From Eledone cirrhosa (lineage: Eukaryota), in assembly GCA_964016885.1 (NCBI GenBank), contig OZ024743.1, forward strand, positions 202,616,001 through 202,680,000: a stretch of DNA of 64,000 nt, in the 5' to 3' direction. Each line of letters opens with the position of its first letter. The first letter of the stretch is position 1. The notes under the pieces were generated by a model that had not been told where the DNA came from, searched no databases, and was given only the letters and a program-made list of their open reading frames with translations. The position numbers were made by a program, and so were the translations under genes. Shown here piece after piece: positions 27,517 to 39,989 of this stretch.

Positions 27517-28407
27517 ATGACTTCCAAACATCTGATCCACCGAAACTCGGCCATTTCGGACCATACCAAAATCAACATACTGATTGCGGATTTGGTACGG
27601 GTGATGAGAAATGTGTCCCGCATGTGCAACCCCGAAGAACTAGAGAGACACATACAACACTTCATCCACCGTATGCAGTTCTCTGGCTACAATCAGAGAG
27701 ATAGAATCAGAGTGTATAAAGGAGCCAGAACCAAATGGGAAAAAATGGTAAATAATGACATAAATGGGACCTGCCCCTTGTATAGGAGCAAATTTTGGAA
27801 TAGAATAGAAAGAACTAAGAACAAGGCCAATAGAATAAACTCATGGTATGATAGCAATAAATACCAGAGTGTAATGTTCATCAATACAACCCCTAGAGGC
27901 GAACTAGCCTACAAATTTAGAAGGGCCCTAAAGAAACATAATCTCAATATTAAGATAGTAGAAAGACCTGGTACCTCCGTAAAAACACTTATTAGCAAGA
28001 CATACCCGTTCCAAAGACCCTCATGTATAGATAAGAAATGCATAACCTGTAAAATAAGCCCCCATATTAACTGTAAAACTAGAAATGTAGTATATAGCAT
28101 AAGATGTACTGAAGGACAATGTAGAAACAAAAATGTAGTGTACATAGGTGAGACAGCTCGTAGTATAGGGGAACGAATAAATGAACACTGGCGAGACCTC
28201 CAAGATAGTAAAGAATCATCTGTGCTCTACCAACATGCTAAGATAGAACACAGGGGTAAATTAGAGAGCATAGAAATAAAAATAGAATCCACACACAAGA
28301 AAGACGCAATGTTTAGGCAAATTACAGAGGCAGTAAGCATAAAAGAATTAAAACCAAAATTAAATAGAAAATATGAGTGGAACAGCAACATCACAACTTA
28401 CAATTAA
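27517..28407 (+). CDS. Penelope-like (Neptune-type) RT thumb, linker and GIY-YIG endonuclease, 5'-truncated (right arm)
   Basis: Identical to the left-arm protein apart from one N/D difference. Confidence 0.85.
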   Translation: MTSKHLIHRNSAISDHTKINILIADLVRVMRNVSRMCNPEELERHIQHFIHRMQFSGYNQRDRIRVYKGARTKWEKMVNNDINGTCPLYRSKFWNRIERTKNKANRINSWYDSNKYQSVMFINTTPRGELAYKFRRALKKHNLNIKIVERPGTSVKTLISKTYPFQRPSCIDKKCITCKISPHINCKTRNVVYSIRCTEGQCRNKNVVYIGETARSIGERINEHWRDLQDSKESSVLYQHAKIEHRGKLESIEIKIESTHKKDAMFRQITEAVSIKELKPKLNRKYEWNSNITTYN

Positions 28408-28697
28408 GGACGAAATGAAAACACACACACACATAGAACAAACAACTTACAATTGAAAACACACACAAGACAAAATGAAAACACACACACACATAGAACA
28501 AACAACCAACCAACAATAAATAAATAAATAAACAAACAAATAGAAAAATATAAATAGAAAAATAGAAAAATGAACACAAACACACACACAGACACCCGGA
28601 TGTGGCGCATGCGCAAACTGAGCACGCAACCCACACACAAACAAAATGGCGTAGGATAGAAGAAAGGAAAGGCACAGAAACGAAGAAAGAAATCCCC

Positions 28698-28742
28698 AGT
28701 CACTGAAGAGGTCACAGAGTGTGTGACGAAAGAACTATGACT
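28698..28742 (+). ncRNA. Minimal type I hammerhead with an extra base after A9 (family D); mirror copy 26271-26315 on the minus strand
   Basis: agtca-CTGAAGA-g-gtcaca gagtg tgtgac-GAAA-gaac-TA-tgact, in the 3' UTR and sense to the ORF. Confidence 0.75.
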
Positions 28743-29212
28743 ATATATATATAAACAACTATCTGGTTGTGGAACCAACCAACCAACCAGAAATTTATAA
28801 ATTTATAAATTTGTAAACTTATAAATATTTAATAAATTAAATTGAAGTGAAAGCAGCTGGTGCGTGTGTTTCTTATTGGCAACATGACCCTCCCAAAGTA
28901 TAACAATATCGGTTTCAACACACGATTTCAGATAAAGAATCTTGCTAAACAAATTCAGAAACGAAATATATATATATATATATACATATACAAACACATA
29001 TACACATATATAGATATACACATATACACATATATAAATATACACATAAAAATCTATGTATATATACACACACACATATATATTTACATATATACCTACA
29101 TACACACACACATATAAATATGCATCCATACACACACAAACACACACACACACACACATATATGTATATATACGATATTGTCAGATGGAAACTATATTTA
29201 TAAAACCATATT

Positions 29213-29277
29213 TATTTCATTATACATATTTCAAGGACACCAAGTTAAATTATTGTGTGCTTTCGTCAGATAAAATA
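29213..29277 (-). ncRNA. Type I minimal hammerhead in a solo pLTR fragment (family A)
   Basis: tattttat-CTGACGA-aagcacac..gtgtcctt-GAAA-tatgta-TA-atgaaata; flanks match 43160-43270. Confidence 0.7.
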
Positions 29278-29653
29278 TAATATAGAGCAGTTTTATAAAT
29301 AAATATTGACATACCCTTAAAGAATGCAACCATTACTGTTTGAAGCTCCCGGATAGGATATATATATATATACATATATATATACAGATACATTGTAGGT
29401 CGCTTTAACCCGTCTTTTATTATTCAAAAGAATTCTTGTCAATAAACATTAACCCTTTGTGCCCCATTCATATAACTGTAGACCAACAAATACCAAGCAA
29501 ACGGAGCCTTGACAAGAACGATGGCGAATGAATCTTCGAGGTAAGCAGTTACCTCCCGAGCCGTTAGTTCACGCGGGATTCCCTGCTACACCTTTTCGTA
29601 ATAATACCGAACAACGTACTGCTGGTCACTCCTTCCTCCAAAAGCCGTACAAA

Positions 29654-29706
<53 letters not shown>

Positions 29707-29716
29707 TCTCTCGCTA

Positions 29717-29756
<40 letters not shown>

Positions 29757-29924
29757 ACTCTCTCTCTCTCTCTCCCCCTCTCTCTCTCTCTCTCTCTTTA
29801 TATATTTGATATATATTTATCCTTATCGAGCCTCGTTAAATAAATACGTTTGTTTATATTTTGTTATTGTGTATGCAAACAATCTGAACACAAATATATA
29901 ATTATATATATATATATATATATT

Positions 29925-30260
29925 AAAGTAACAGATTAAAGTGTAAGCAAAGAATCGCTGCTTTCAACATTAACGGGATCTTCTGAAACTAAAAAATTTA
30001 ATCTGTGAACACAGAAATAAATATTTCGTGAAACTTTGCAACCGAAGGAAAACAGGAAGACGATATTCTGGTTCGTGAAGACGTTTCCTGGTAATGAACG
30101 GAAAAAAAGAAAATATAATACGTCGTTATGTGGACCGAGAAGAACAATTTCATGCAAAGACAAGACCAAGTTTATGGTATAAATGGAGTCGTTAGACTAA
30201 TATTCTATTTAAAATAACCGAATGATTTCCAGCCCCGGAGTTTAAGAATGATGTAAATAA
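29925..30260 (-). mobile_element. Solo pLTR fragment, family C (CAGAAGA motif at 29934-30003)
   Basis: Colinear homology with 55840-56200. Confidence 0.75.
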
Positions 30261-30354
30261 AATTGAAAACGAAAATGACAGAGGTTATTAAAATAGTAAA
30301 AGTAAATAGTGAAGAATTAGGCCAGTACATACGTATGCCCCGACGGACATACGC

Positions 30355-30843
30355 ATACATACGCACACACAAATACATACACACCCACAAACACACACAC
30401 ACGCGCGCGCTGTATAAACCTTATGCATTTCTACAGCATTTTCACCAAACTTAAGACATAGGTTACTTATGTACTCCGGATGGTCATGGGCACTTTCATT
30501 TTTCCAGATATTTATTATAGGGCCTCCCGGCAGAAAACCCCCTTTATCCACTTTCTTGGAGTCGACTGAAGCACTGCAATGCATTGCAACAAAACGTCAT
30601 AACTTCTGGAGTTCCCAACCGATTTTCACAAAACTTGACACATGGGCTACGTTTGTCCTACAGATGAATGTGGACTCTCAGAATTGGCACATATTGAGTA
30701 GGGGAACCATGGGATCAGGAACCCCCTTTTGGAAAAAGCCGATGATTTTGTAAAAATATAGTTTTCGAAGAAGCACTGAAGTATTGACATAAATGTTATA
30801 CACAACTGCTATTTAATACCCGAGCAACGCCGGGTACCTCTGG

Positions 30844-30845
<2 letters not shown>
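30355..30845 (+). mobile_element. Non-autonomous Helitron/HINE-like element
   Basis: accgattttcacaaaacttg core; 3' hairpin cccgagcaacgccggg followed by CTGG. The same end occurs at 41572-41599 (CTAG) and inverted at 32746-32773. Confidence 0.55.
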
Positions 30846-30928
<83 letters not shown>

Positions 30929-30957
30929 CATATAATTATATATATATATATATACAC

Positions 30958-31008
<51 letters not shown>

Positions 31009-31012
<4 letters not shown>

Positions 31013-31213
31013 AACGAGTAGGACCCCGACGGCTGAGCTCGAGCCGTTTCGACGGCTGATTCTGGACTAATTCTGGAGTCCAGAATTAGCCGTCGAAACG
31101 GCTTGAGCTCAGCCGTCGAGGTTCTACTCGTTCCTATTACCCACTCTACTACCCTAAGTATTGAGTACTTAGGTGCGTTATGGTCCACCTGGTACCTTAC
31201 CACATTTCCTTCG

Positions 31214-31215
<2 letters not shown>
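31009..31215. mobile_element. Short fold-back of the family-B pLTR 3' end in (TA)n
   Basis: Arms about 31009-31068 and 31077-31136, 8-nt spacer aattctgg. Only the 3' half of the HHR is present; the right arm carries an ~80-nt extension. Confidence 0.85.
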
Positions 31216-31269
<54 letters not shown>

Positions 31270-31739
31270 AGAGTCAGGTCAGTACACCGACGGCAGAGCT
31301 CAAGCCGTTTCGACGGCTATATACCAAGGAGGCAAGAATCGAACAAACAAAATGAATCTTTAATATGAAGTATATATATATATGTATGTATACATTCATG
31401 CATACATACATACATATATATATAAATATATATATATAAGGGATAACAAAATATCGTTATAGGTAATCCAGTTAGAGGTTGTGAATACCTAGTATTATGG
31501 ATAGTTTTAGCGTACGGCGTTGTTTGACTCAACAAGAAGTTTACGTACGTGGCGAGTTTATGAGTGCTCTTGTACTCCTATGTAAGTTTATCTTGGAGTA
31601 ATAATATTGAAAGAGTGAATAATAACATGGTCAACAGTACAAAAAAGGGTTTTATTTACAGTCTGACAATTGTTTCAATATATATATATATATATTATGT
31701 ATATATATACTTATACATACTCACACACACACGTCGTCG

Positions 31740-31786
<47 letters not shown>

Positions 31787-31787
<1 letters not shown>

Positions 31788-32130
31788 TAGCGTCTAAAAA
31801 TAACGTTTTTTCAGCCCTATACCTCAACCTCATTTGCATACTCATCTTAATAATTTGAAATATCTGACTTTTCTTCTCTTTTACTTAACTATCCAAGAAA
31901 AAATTGAACTGCTACGATATCTTTTCTTGGTTACGTCAACATTTATAAAACAAACTTTGTATTTTATCTGATGAGGGCGTACCAAAATTTTGGTACCCTT
32001 GAAATAGAATAAATATAGTTTTATGAAGATAGTTTCCATTTATTTAAAATCATCGAATATTATACTCCAGAAAACCTGTCAAGTCCTCTGAATCAGTTAA
32101 ATATATTTTTTAGATGTAGATTGATAATCT
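31787..32130 (+). mobile_element. Non-coding pLTR fragment with HHR (CTGATGA 31968-74, GAAA 32001-04; stem III partly deleted)
   Basis: Direct repeat of 37272-37549; its 3' part is homologous to the end of the 43043 pLTR. Confidence 0.75.
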
Positions 32131-32745
32131 TTAATTGACATTCTGAAAGTTTATCCTCTTTACGATAGTTCTTCGAAATGCACATTACTTTTTTCCTCTT
32201 CTTTCATCTTCAAACTTTCACACATCTTTCGACTAAAATAATATATAATTCAAACTTATGCTCACACAAAATAATAATAATATATAATTTTCTCTATACA
32301 TTTTCTGAGTAAATCATTCATCAAATGTAACGTTAGCAAACAAGATTGGAGTTATCTTTTCCTGTTCAATCGGGAAAACATAAACATTATATTATAATAT
32401 AATATGTATGATAAACTATATAACTTCGCTAAGTTAACAATATTCTGAAAATATTTTCAATGTTGGAACAAACTATTTGAATCTACAAATTGTTCCCTTC
32501 TTACAACTTGAACTATGTATTTTTTTATGTAAAATGCAGAATCAATATCCTTCGTAACTCATATGAGAAATGTAAACAACTAATAATTGTAACTTATTTC
32601 TATTTCTATAATACTTATACATGCACAATTATTAATCTATATAGATATATACTTACAACCTGTTGTAATGTAATAAGGTTAAATCTACTTACAACCATAT
32701 TTTTTCATATAATCTAATTGATTATATATACAATTTTATAACTTA

Positions 32746-33675
32746 CTAGCAGTGGTACCCGGCGTTGCACGGGATAAGGTATTTTGGAACGCGGGCTGCC
32801 CACAGACCTAATCGTGGAAAAGCTGCATGCCTGGACAATATGTAAAGAAAATAAACCGAATACTCTGATGGCTGGATAATCTTTAAGATTTTGCTCGGCG
32901 AAACATGAAAAATGGAGGTTTTCACCTAATGCGAGCCCTATGGGATCAAGAAAATGAATTTGTTTTTATGTGCATAATATGCCTTTAAATTTCGGTAAAA
33001 TCGGCTAGACGTAACGCCTCCAAAAAACGCTAAGAAGCTGAAAAAATGAAGTTCTTCACCTAATGCGGCCCCTATGCCATAAGGAAGTTGGATTTTCTTT
33101 GCTTACGGTATGAAGAAGAGACTGACTAATACATAGTTACAATTTGAAGGAAATCGGTCTGAGGTAACGCCTCAAAAATTCTGTAAAAAACGCAGATTTT
33201 CACCTAGAGTTGAATTTTTTATGTGCGTAACACTCCCTGAAACATAAGTAATACACATGTAAAGTTTGAAAAAATTCGGTTGAGTACTTCTCGAGTTTTA
33301 GGGATTCACGCACACACACACACGCGCACACACACAAACACACACACACGCACACCCACTTACACACAAACATCCTCAGGGAAGTGACGTAATGCAGACG
33401 GCCAGACATACAGACAGATATTATAAGGGCGCGTCGTCATATGTATGTATCTATCTAAAAAGAGAAAGACTAAGAATTATAGAGCGAGATCGCTAAATCG
33501 CCTAATGCGGTCCCTAGGGCATTGAAAATTTGAATTTCTTTTTGCTCAGAACACCCACAGGACCATGTGTATTACATGTGTAAAGTTTGAAAACAGTAGG
33601 TTGGGTAGTTGTCGAGTTTTAGAGATTCAAACTCACACACACACAGACAGACACCCACAGTTTTATATATATAGA
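32746..33675 (-). mobile_element. Helitron-like non-autonomous element(s)
   Basis: Minus strand begins TCTATATATATAAAA at 33675 and ends with hairpin cccgtgcaacgccggg...CTAG at 32746; internal ~120-bp degenerate repeats (cacctaatgcg.ccctatg). Confidence 0.65.
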
Positions 33676-33712
33676 CTAGCAGAAAACCACCCACCGGGTG
33701 GTTTACTGCTAG

Positions 33713-33965
33713 TATATATATATATTTCACACACAGAAATGTATATATATTTCTGTGTGTATATATATATATTACACACACAGAAATGTATATATATATT
33801 TCTGTGTGTATATATATATATATATATTACACACACAGAAATGTATATATATTTCTGTGTGTATATATATATATATTACACACACAGAAATGTATATATA
33901 TTTCTGAGTGTATATATATATATTTCTGTGTGTGTATATATATATATATTACACACACAGAGAAA
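33713..33965. repeat. Minisatellite of palindromic units acacacagaaatgtatatatatttctgtgtgt separated by (TA)n; recurs at 34878-34995
   Basis: About 4-5 units directly visible. Confidence 0.85.
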
Positions 33966-36910
33966 TGTAGTCTGTCTCTTTATTTCACTCTCCCTCTCTC
34001 TCTACGCGTGCGCAAAAAACATTCGCTCGCGCGCATGTGTTTTAGCGTCTATTCACTCTCTCTCTCTCCCTCCCGCTATCCCCCTCTCGTAGTCTGTCTC
34101 TTTCTTTCACTCTGACTCTCTCTCTACGCGTGCGCAAAAAACATTCGCACGCGCGCACGTGTTTCCACTGTCGGACAGACAGACAGAGAAATTGCTGGTT
34201 ATATATTATAAGGAGATTACAAATTCGATTTTTACACTTGGCGTGGGTCGATTTGAAACATTTTGACTCCGCCGGACCTTCATCTATAAGTGTAGCAATT
34301 TCACCGAAATTTGAACGTACGGTTTAAGAGGAGATGTGTGCCGAAGGTTTTAGTAGACAGTCAGACAGACAACCTCAGTTTTATATATATAGACTAGCAG
34401 AAAACCACCCGGAGGGCGGTTTTCTGCTAGCAAATCTAGTGTATATACTGATATTGTTGAGATTTGGATGAGAAATCTTTTCGGCACCACGTGTTCACCG
34501 TCTCTCGGTGTGTCTTTTATGCATGAATAAATATATATGTTATCTATACGGTGAAATCTTTGAAATAAATATATGTTAAAACGAAAAAGGAGAAAAAGAG
34601 ATTAGTGACGGAAATATAAACGTTATGATATAACGATGGAAATATATCTTCAAATGGTCCTTGGCATGGTGTCAAGTCAGAACAGCCTCGAACTGGTTAC
34701 TTATAGCTTGTGCAATGTGTCTCTATAGCAACCAGCGATTCCCTCGGCCTCAGTGACCAAAGTCAGTGGAGAGGGGCAGGTAATGTTTCTATAGCGACAG
34801 TGTTTCTCTTGGTAGTACCAAAGTGGAGAAAGGAAGGGGAAGGTACAGACAGACAGACAAACAGAGAAATGCCCATGTATTTCTGTGTGTATATATATAG
34901 ATATATATATATATATATTACACACACAGAAATGTATATATATTTCTGTGTGTATATATATATATATTACACACAGAGAAATGTATATATATTTCTTAGA
35001 ACAAAATTATTATTAATGTTTTGCTGTTCATAACAATTGGAATTGAAAAATTACTTTTGAAATTATTAGTTATTTTACTAATGCTTAGATATGTAAAAAT
35101 GAAGCAATGTTTCTAATAATTGTTTCTACTTTTGGCACAAGGCCAGCAATTACACAGTACATTGCTGGTACTTTATTTTATCGACCCCGTGAGGATGAAA
35201 GGCAAAGTTAACCTCGGCGGTATTTGAACTCAGACCGTAAAGGGACGTAACTCCATTCTATGAAGCATGGTGTCCGACTCTCTACAGATTCTGCCAATCC
35301 ACAGCCCTAATGTCTGTATGTAATGAGGGAGTGAGAGGGGAGAGAAAGAAAGGCAGAGGTGAAGTGACGAAGTGACTCTCTCCTCCTCCTCCTCCTCCTC
35401 CTCCCCCATCTCCCCATTCGTCACAGAGAGGAGGAATGTTAGTGTGTTACAAAGAGAAAGAGTGAGAGTGAGAGAAACAGACAGACTAAAAGAGAGGGAT
35501 AGCTGGAGAGAGAGAGATAGCAACCACGCGCGCACGTGTTTCCACTGTCGGACAGACAGACAGAGAAATTGCTGGTTATATATTATAAGGAGATTACAAA
35601 TTCGATTTTTACACTTGGCGTGGGTCGATTTGAAAACGTTTTTGACCGAAGACTCCACCGGACCTTCATCTATAAGTGTAGCAATTTCACCGAAATTTGA
35701 ACGTACGGTTTAAGAGGAGATGTGTGCCGAAGGTTTTAGTAGACAGACAGACAGACAGACAGTGACTCCGCTGGACCTTCATCTATAAGTGTAGCAATGT
35801 CCCCGAAATTTAAACGTACGGTTTAAGAGATGTGTGCCGAAGGCTTTAGTAGACAGACAGACAGACAACCTCAGCTTTACATATATAGACTTCAAAGTCA
35901 AGAAATGGTGATTGTCGAAAATAACGCCAACAGAGGCAGTCTCATTAGAGCCAATAGAATTTTCCCAAAAATAATATGGGCCGAAGCCGAAAAAAATTTT
36001 GTTTGGCAGCTCTAATTGCGCCTTAATTTTATTCAAAAAATTGTATACTAACATATTCGAATACCAGGCACTATTAGAATCAACAATAGCAGCGTCCTGA
36101 GGGTCATTACAAAACCAAAATTCGCGAGAATTAGTGTTTAAGGCTTGGAAGGTGGTAAAAAAATCCACAAAATCTTCCATTCTTTTAAAAAAAAAATTTA
36201 TTTTTAATAATATTCAAATAACTGGCGGTTAGAAAAAAATATTCCTATGAAATTTTAATCATACCATTAGGTGTGAATAAGGAAATATTTTTTTTATTCT
36301 CAAAACAAATGTTCAAAATTTAAACTTCAATTTTTTGAATTATTTCCAAATTTTTCATAAAATTGAACACTGGACATTGGCTGCTGGAAATGGACATTAA
36401 ATCGTATTTAATTGTATTTAAATTTCTAACCTTATTTTATTATTTATATTTTTTCAATAAGAAATAAAAAAAAAAATTGAAGAAAAAAATTGAACAAATC
36501 AAACGTAGGTTATGGAACTGCGCAATCTGATTAATAAATTACCTCATCAGAAACAACCTTCTTCAAATGGTCCTTATTATCAGCAGCAACAACCACAAAT
36601 TCAATGGCAACCTTCTTCAAACCACATGGTGTCAAGTCAGAACCGCCTCGAACTGGTTACTTCTGGCTTGTGCAAGGTGTCTCTATAGCAACCAGCGATT
36701 CCCTCTGCCTCAGTGACCAAATTCAGTGGAGAGGGGAAGGTACTGTTTCTATAGCACGCGTTTTAGCGTCTATTCACTCTCTCTCTCTCCCTCTCTCCCT
36801 CTCGCTATCACCCTCTCGTAGTCTGTCTCTTTCTTTCACTCTCACTCTCTCTCTACGCACGTGTTTCCACTGTCGGACACACAGACAGAGAAATTGCTTG
36901 TTATATATAT
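33966..36910 (-). mobile_element. Mosaic of duplicated Helitron-like segments
   Basis: 34148-34370 matches 35526-35760; 34265-34393 matches 35764-35889; 34666-34795 matches 36626-36755; 34040-34205 matches 36760-36908. Confidence 0.65.
35117..35308 (-). mobile_element. tRNA-derived SINE, same family
   Basis: Reverse complement of the consensus. Confidence 0.85.
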
Positions 36911-36917
36911 AAGTAGA

Positions 36918-37108
36918 TAATTGTTTCTACTTTAGGCACAAGGCCAGCAATTACCCAGTGCATTACTGGTACTTTATTTTATCGACACCGTAAGGATGAA
37001 AGGCAAAGTCAACCTTGGCGGCATTTGAACTCAAATCGTAAAGGGACGTAACTATGCTGGAAAGCATGGCGTCCGACTCTCTACCGATACAGCCAATTCA
37101 CCACCCTT
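36918..37108 (-). mobile_element. tRNA-derived SINE, same family
   Basis: Reverse complement of the consensus. Confidence 0.85.
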
Positions 37109-37443
37109 TATATATATAGATAATATAGCTAAATAAATTTAAATTCAGGAATCATATTCCACCATTCCCGCAAATTGTTAATTTCTTTTAAATTAACGTA
37201 AATACAAGCTCTTCTTTCTTTTTTCTTATTCCTACTTATGCAGACATATATCCTAATTATTTAAATTCTGCATAGCGTCTAAAAATAACGTTTTTTCAGC
37301 CCTATACCTCAACCTCATTCGCATACTCATTTTAATAATTTGAAATATCTGACTTTTCTTCTCATTTCCTTCACTATCTAAGAAACACTTGAACCGTTAA
37401 GGTATCTTTTCTTGGTTATGTCAACATTTATAAAACAAACTTT

Positions 37444-37505
37444 GTATTTTATCTGACGATGGCATACCAATGTTTTGGTACCCTTGAAATATATATAATA
37501 GAAGA
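37444..37505 (+). ncRNA. Type I minimal hammerhead (family A) in a solo pLTR 37272-37549
   Basis: ttttat-CTGACGA-tggcatacca..tggtaccctt-GAAA-tatata-TA-atagaa. Confidence 0.65.
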
Positions 37506-37548
37506 AATATGGTTTTATAAATATAGTTTCCATTTTTTTAATATCATC

Positions 37549-37614
<66 letters not shown>

Positions 37615-37750
37615 ATATATATGTACATGTATATGTATATGTATATATATTTATATATATAAGTATATATGTACATATATATATGTGTGTATATATATAT
37701 ATATGTATATGCATATATATACATATATATATATACATATATATATATAC

Positions 37751-37783
<33 letters not shown>

Positions 37784-37836
37784 CGTATGTGTGTATATAT
37801 ATATATGTGTGTGTGTGTATGCGTGCGTGTGTGTGT

Positions 37837-37919
<83 letters not shown>

Positions 37920-38135
37920 CTATACATGAATGTAGAATTGATTCATTTATTTATTTTGTAAATTTTCTCCCTCGAGAGAGGAAAACGAATTCTTACACTA
38001 CATTTAACCACTGACATCCTTCCGGTCAATGCCAAGTAATCATTAAATAAGTTCTTCTAAACGATTGAACAATTTTAGGTCTGAATATCGAGCTTGAGAG
38101 CCGCGGAAGCAAGTTATAGAAAATGTATATATATA

Positions 38136-38181
<46 letters not shown>

Positions 38182-38427
38182 ATTATGGCTATCCGCAAAA
38201 TGGCTATCCGCAAAATACGTATAGTTAGAACCCCAAACGTATAAGTGGGATTATACTAAGGTACATCCTAATGTTTGTTAAGTGAGACGGAAGCCGGTCA
38301 GAGTATTGCTTAAAACTTTCTCTGTTAATTTATTAAATATATATATATATATATCACTTGCCACACATCTCGGAGATTGTTTTTCGTTATTTCGTAGGCC
38401 GATGTACGATTCTCGTTAATCTATATG

Positions 38428-38459
<32 letters not shown>

Positions 38460-38465
38460 ATATAT

Positions 38466-38562
<97 letters not shown>

Positions 38563-38645
38563 ATGTATGTATATATATATATATATATATCTATATATAT
38601 ATATATAAATACATTTGTATTGATTTTATCTCTCTCTTTCTCTGA

Positions 38646-38711
<66 letters not shown>

Positions 38712-39193
38712 CTCGCTCGCTCCGTATATATACATACATGTTTTTAAATACACCCATACACAGGCATAGCATTTCTCGTCATGTTGTCACGTGACTTTCG
38801 GTCAGATTTCCAAGTACCAATGTCCTAGCTCCAGTGGTTGTTATCCGAAATCATACTGTGTGGTGTTTTAACTACGATAAATGCCAGTATATAATATTAA
38901 TAACAGGTGCCATGCTCAGTCCGTAGGTAATAACACTGGCTAGCACTAATAATGCGACAGTGGATAAGCCACGACTTTGTTCGGATAAATATCAGAATAC
39001 ACCGATAAATAAGTACAATATAGAAATATATTGGAGTTACGGTGTGTTTTATAGATAAATGATGCTCGGTTCAATTCCATAATCAGGTGTATTAAGAGCA
39101 ACGGTACCAGCTAATCTAGTATAATAACGTACAATTTTCTAACTTGTCTAAATATTAACTAGATATTCTGGTGGAGGGGAAAGTCGATTAAAT

Positions 39194-39480
39194 GGGGCTA
39201 TTGTTTCCTCCGATGCAACGGGAGGAAACAATAGCACCACTGACGATGTTGCAGATGTGCAACGAAAGAACTTTGATAAACTATATATATGTGTTTGTGT
39301 CTATAATGTATCTGTATTGTTGACCGTTGGTCAGTCAATGGCAACATTGAAGACCGAATAAATTAAATTAACCGATATAAAAAACACAGAAGCGAAAAGC
39401 GAAAACCAACCAAACAGTGAGTGTGTTCTGTTATTGATTCTGGCAATATTACACAAATATGACCCTCCCCAAGTATAAAA
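39194..39480 (+). mobile_element. Solo Neptune-type pLTR with 5' hairpin and a family-D HHR (39236-39277)
   Basis: Hairpin gctattgtttcctcc/ggaggaaacaatagc, then ca-CTGACGA-t-gttgca gatg tgcaac-GAAA-gaac-TT; ends atgaccctccccaagtataa like 28884-28903. Confidence 0.7.
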
Positions 39481-39873
39481 ATATTTATATACACATATAT
39501 ATATTTATTTATATATATATATATATTTATTTGTTTATTTGTATATAATTATAGTAATAAAATTTCAACACCAATGCATACTACATAAGAACGTAAACAG
39601 AGTTCATAAACATTCATTATCTGTTAGCTTAGTTATCTTCAGGCAAAACCTGGTTGGCTTATCGTTATTTCATACATCGTTTATATAAAGGCGGTGATAA
39701 TGTGATATTACATTTGATAATTTATTTATAGAGAGAAAGCCACTCACGTGTCTGCAAGTCATGTACACACATTCACACGGATATACTCACACACATACCC
39801 ATACACACACACGCAAACACACACATACACCTATAAATACATAATATATATGTATATGTACATTCATATAAAG

Positions 39874-39904
<31 letters not shown>

Positions 39905-39914
39905 TATATACACG

Positions 39915-39989
<75 letters not shown>

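Larger units (their letters stand above)
26104..28909. repeat. 2806-bp spacer-less palindrome (inverted duplicate of a 5'-truncated Penelope element)
   Basis: Symmetry axis at 27506/27507 (gggtttgtca|tgacaaaccc); mirrored ORF coordinates sum to 55013; about 3 mismatches seen between arms. Confidence 0.95.

Noticed and set aside
33713-33965. CRISPR-like palindromic repeat array
   Set aside because: Spacers are plain (TA)n, the context is eukaryotic, and there are no cas genes.
35890-36180. Non-repetitive 133-aa minus-strand ORF (35779-36180) as a Helitron-captured gene
   Set aside because: No motif recognised and its 3' part runs into repeat sequence; it needs a database search.
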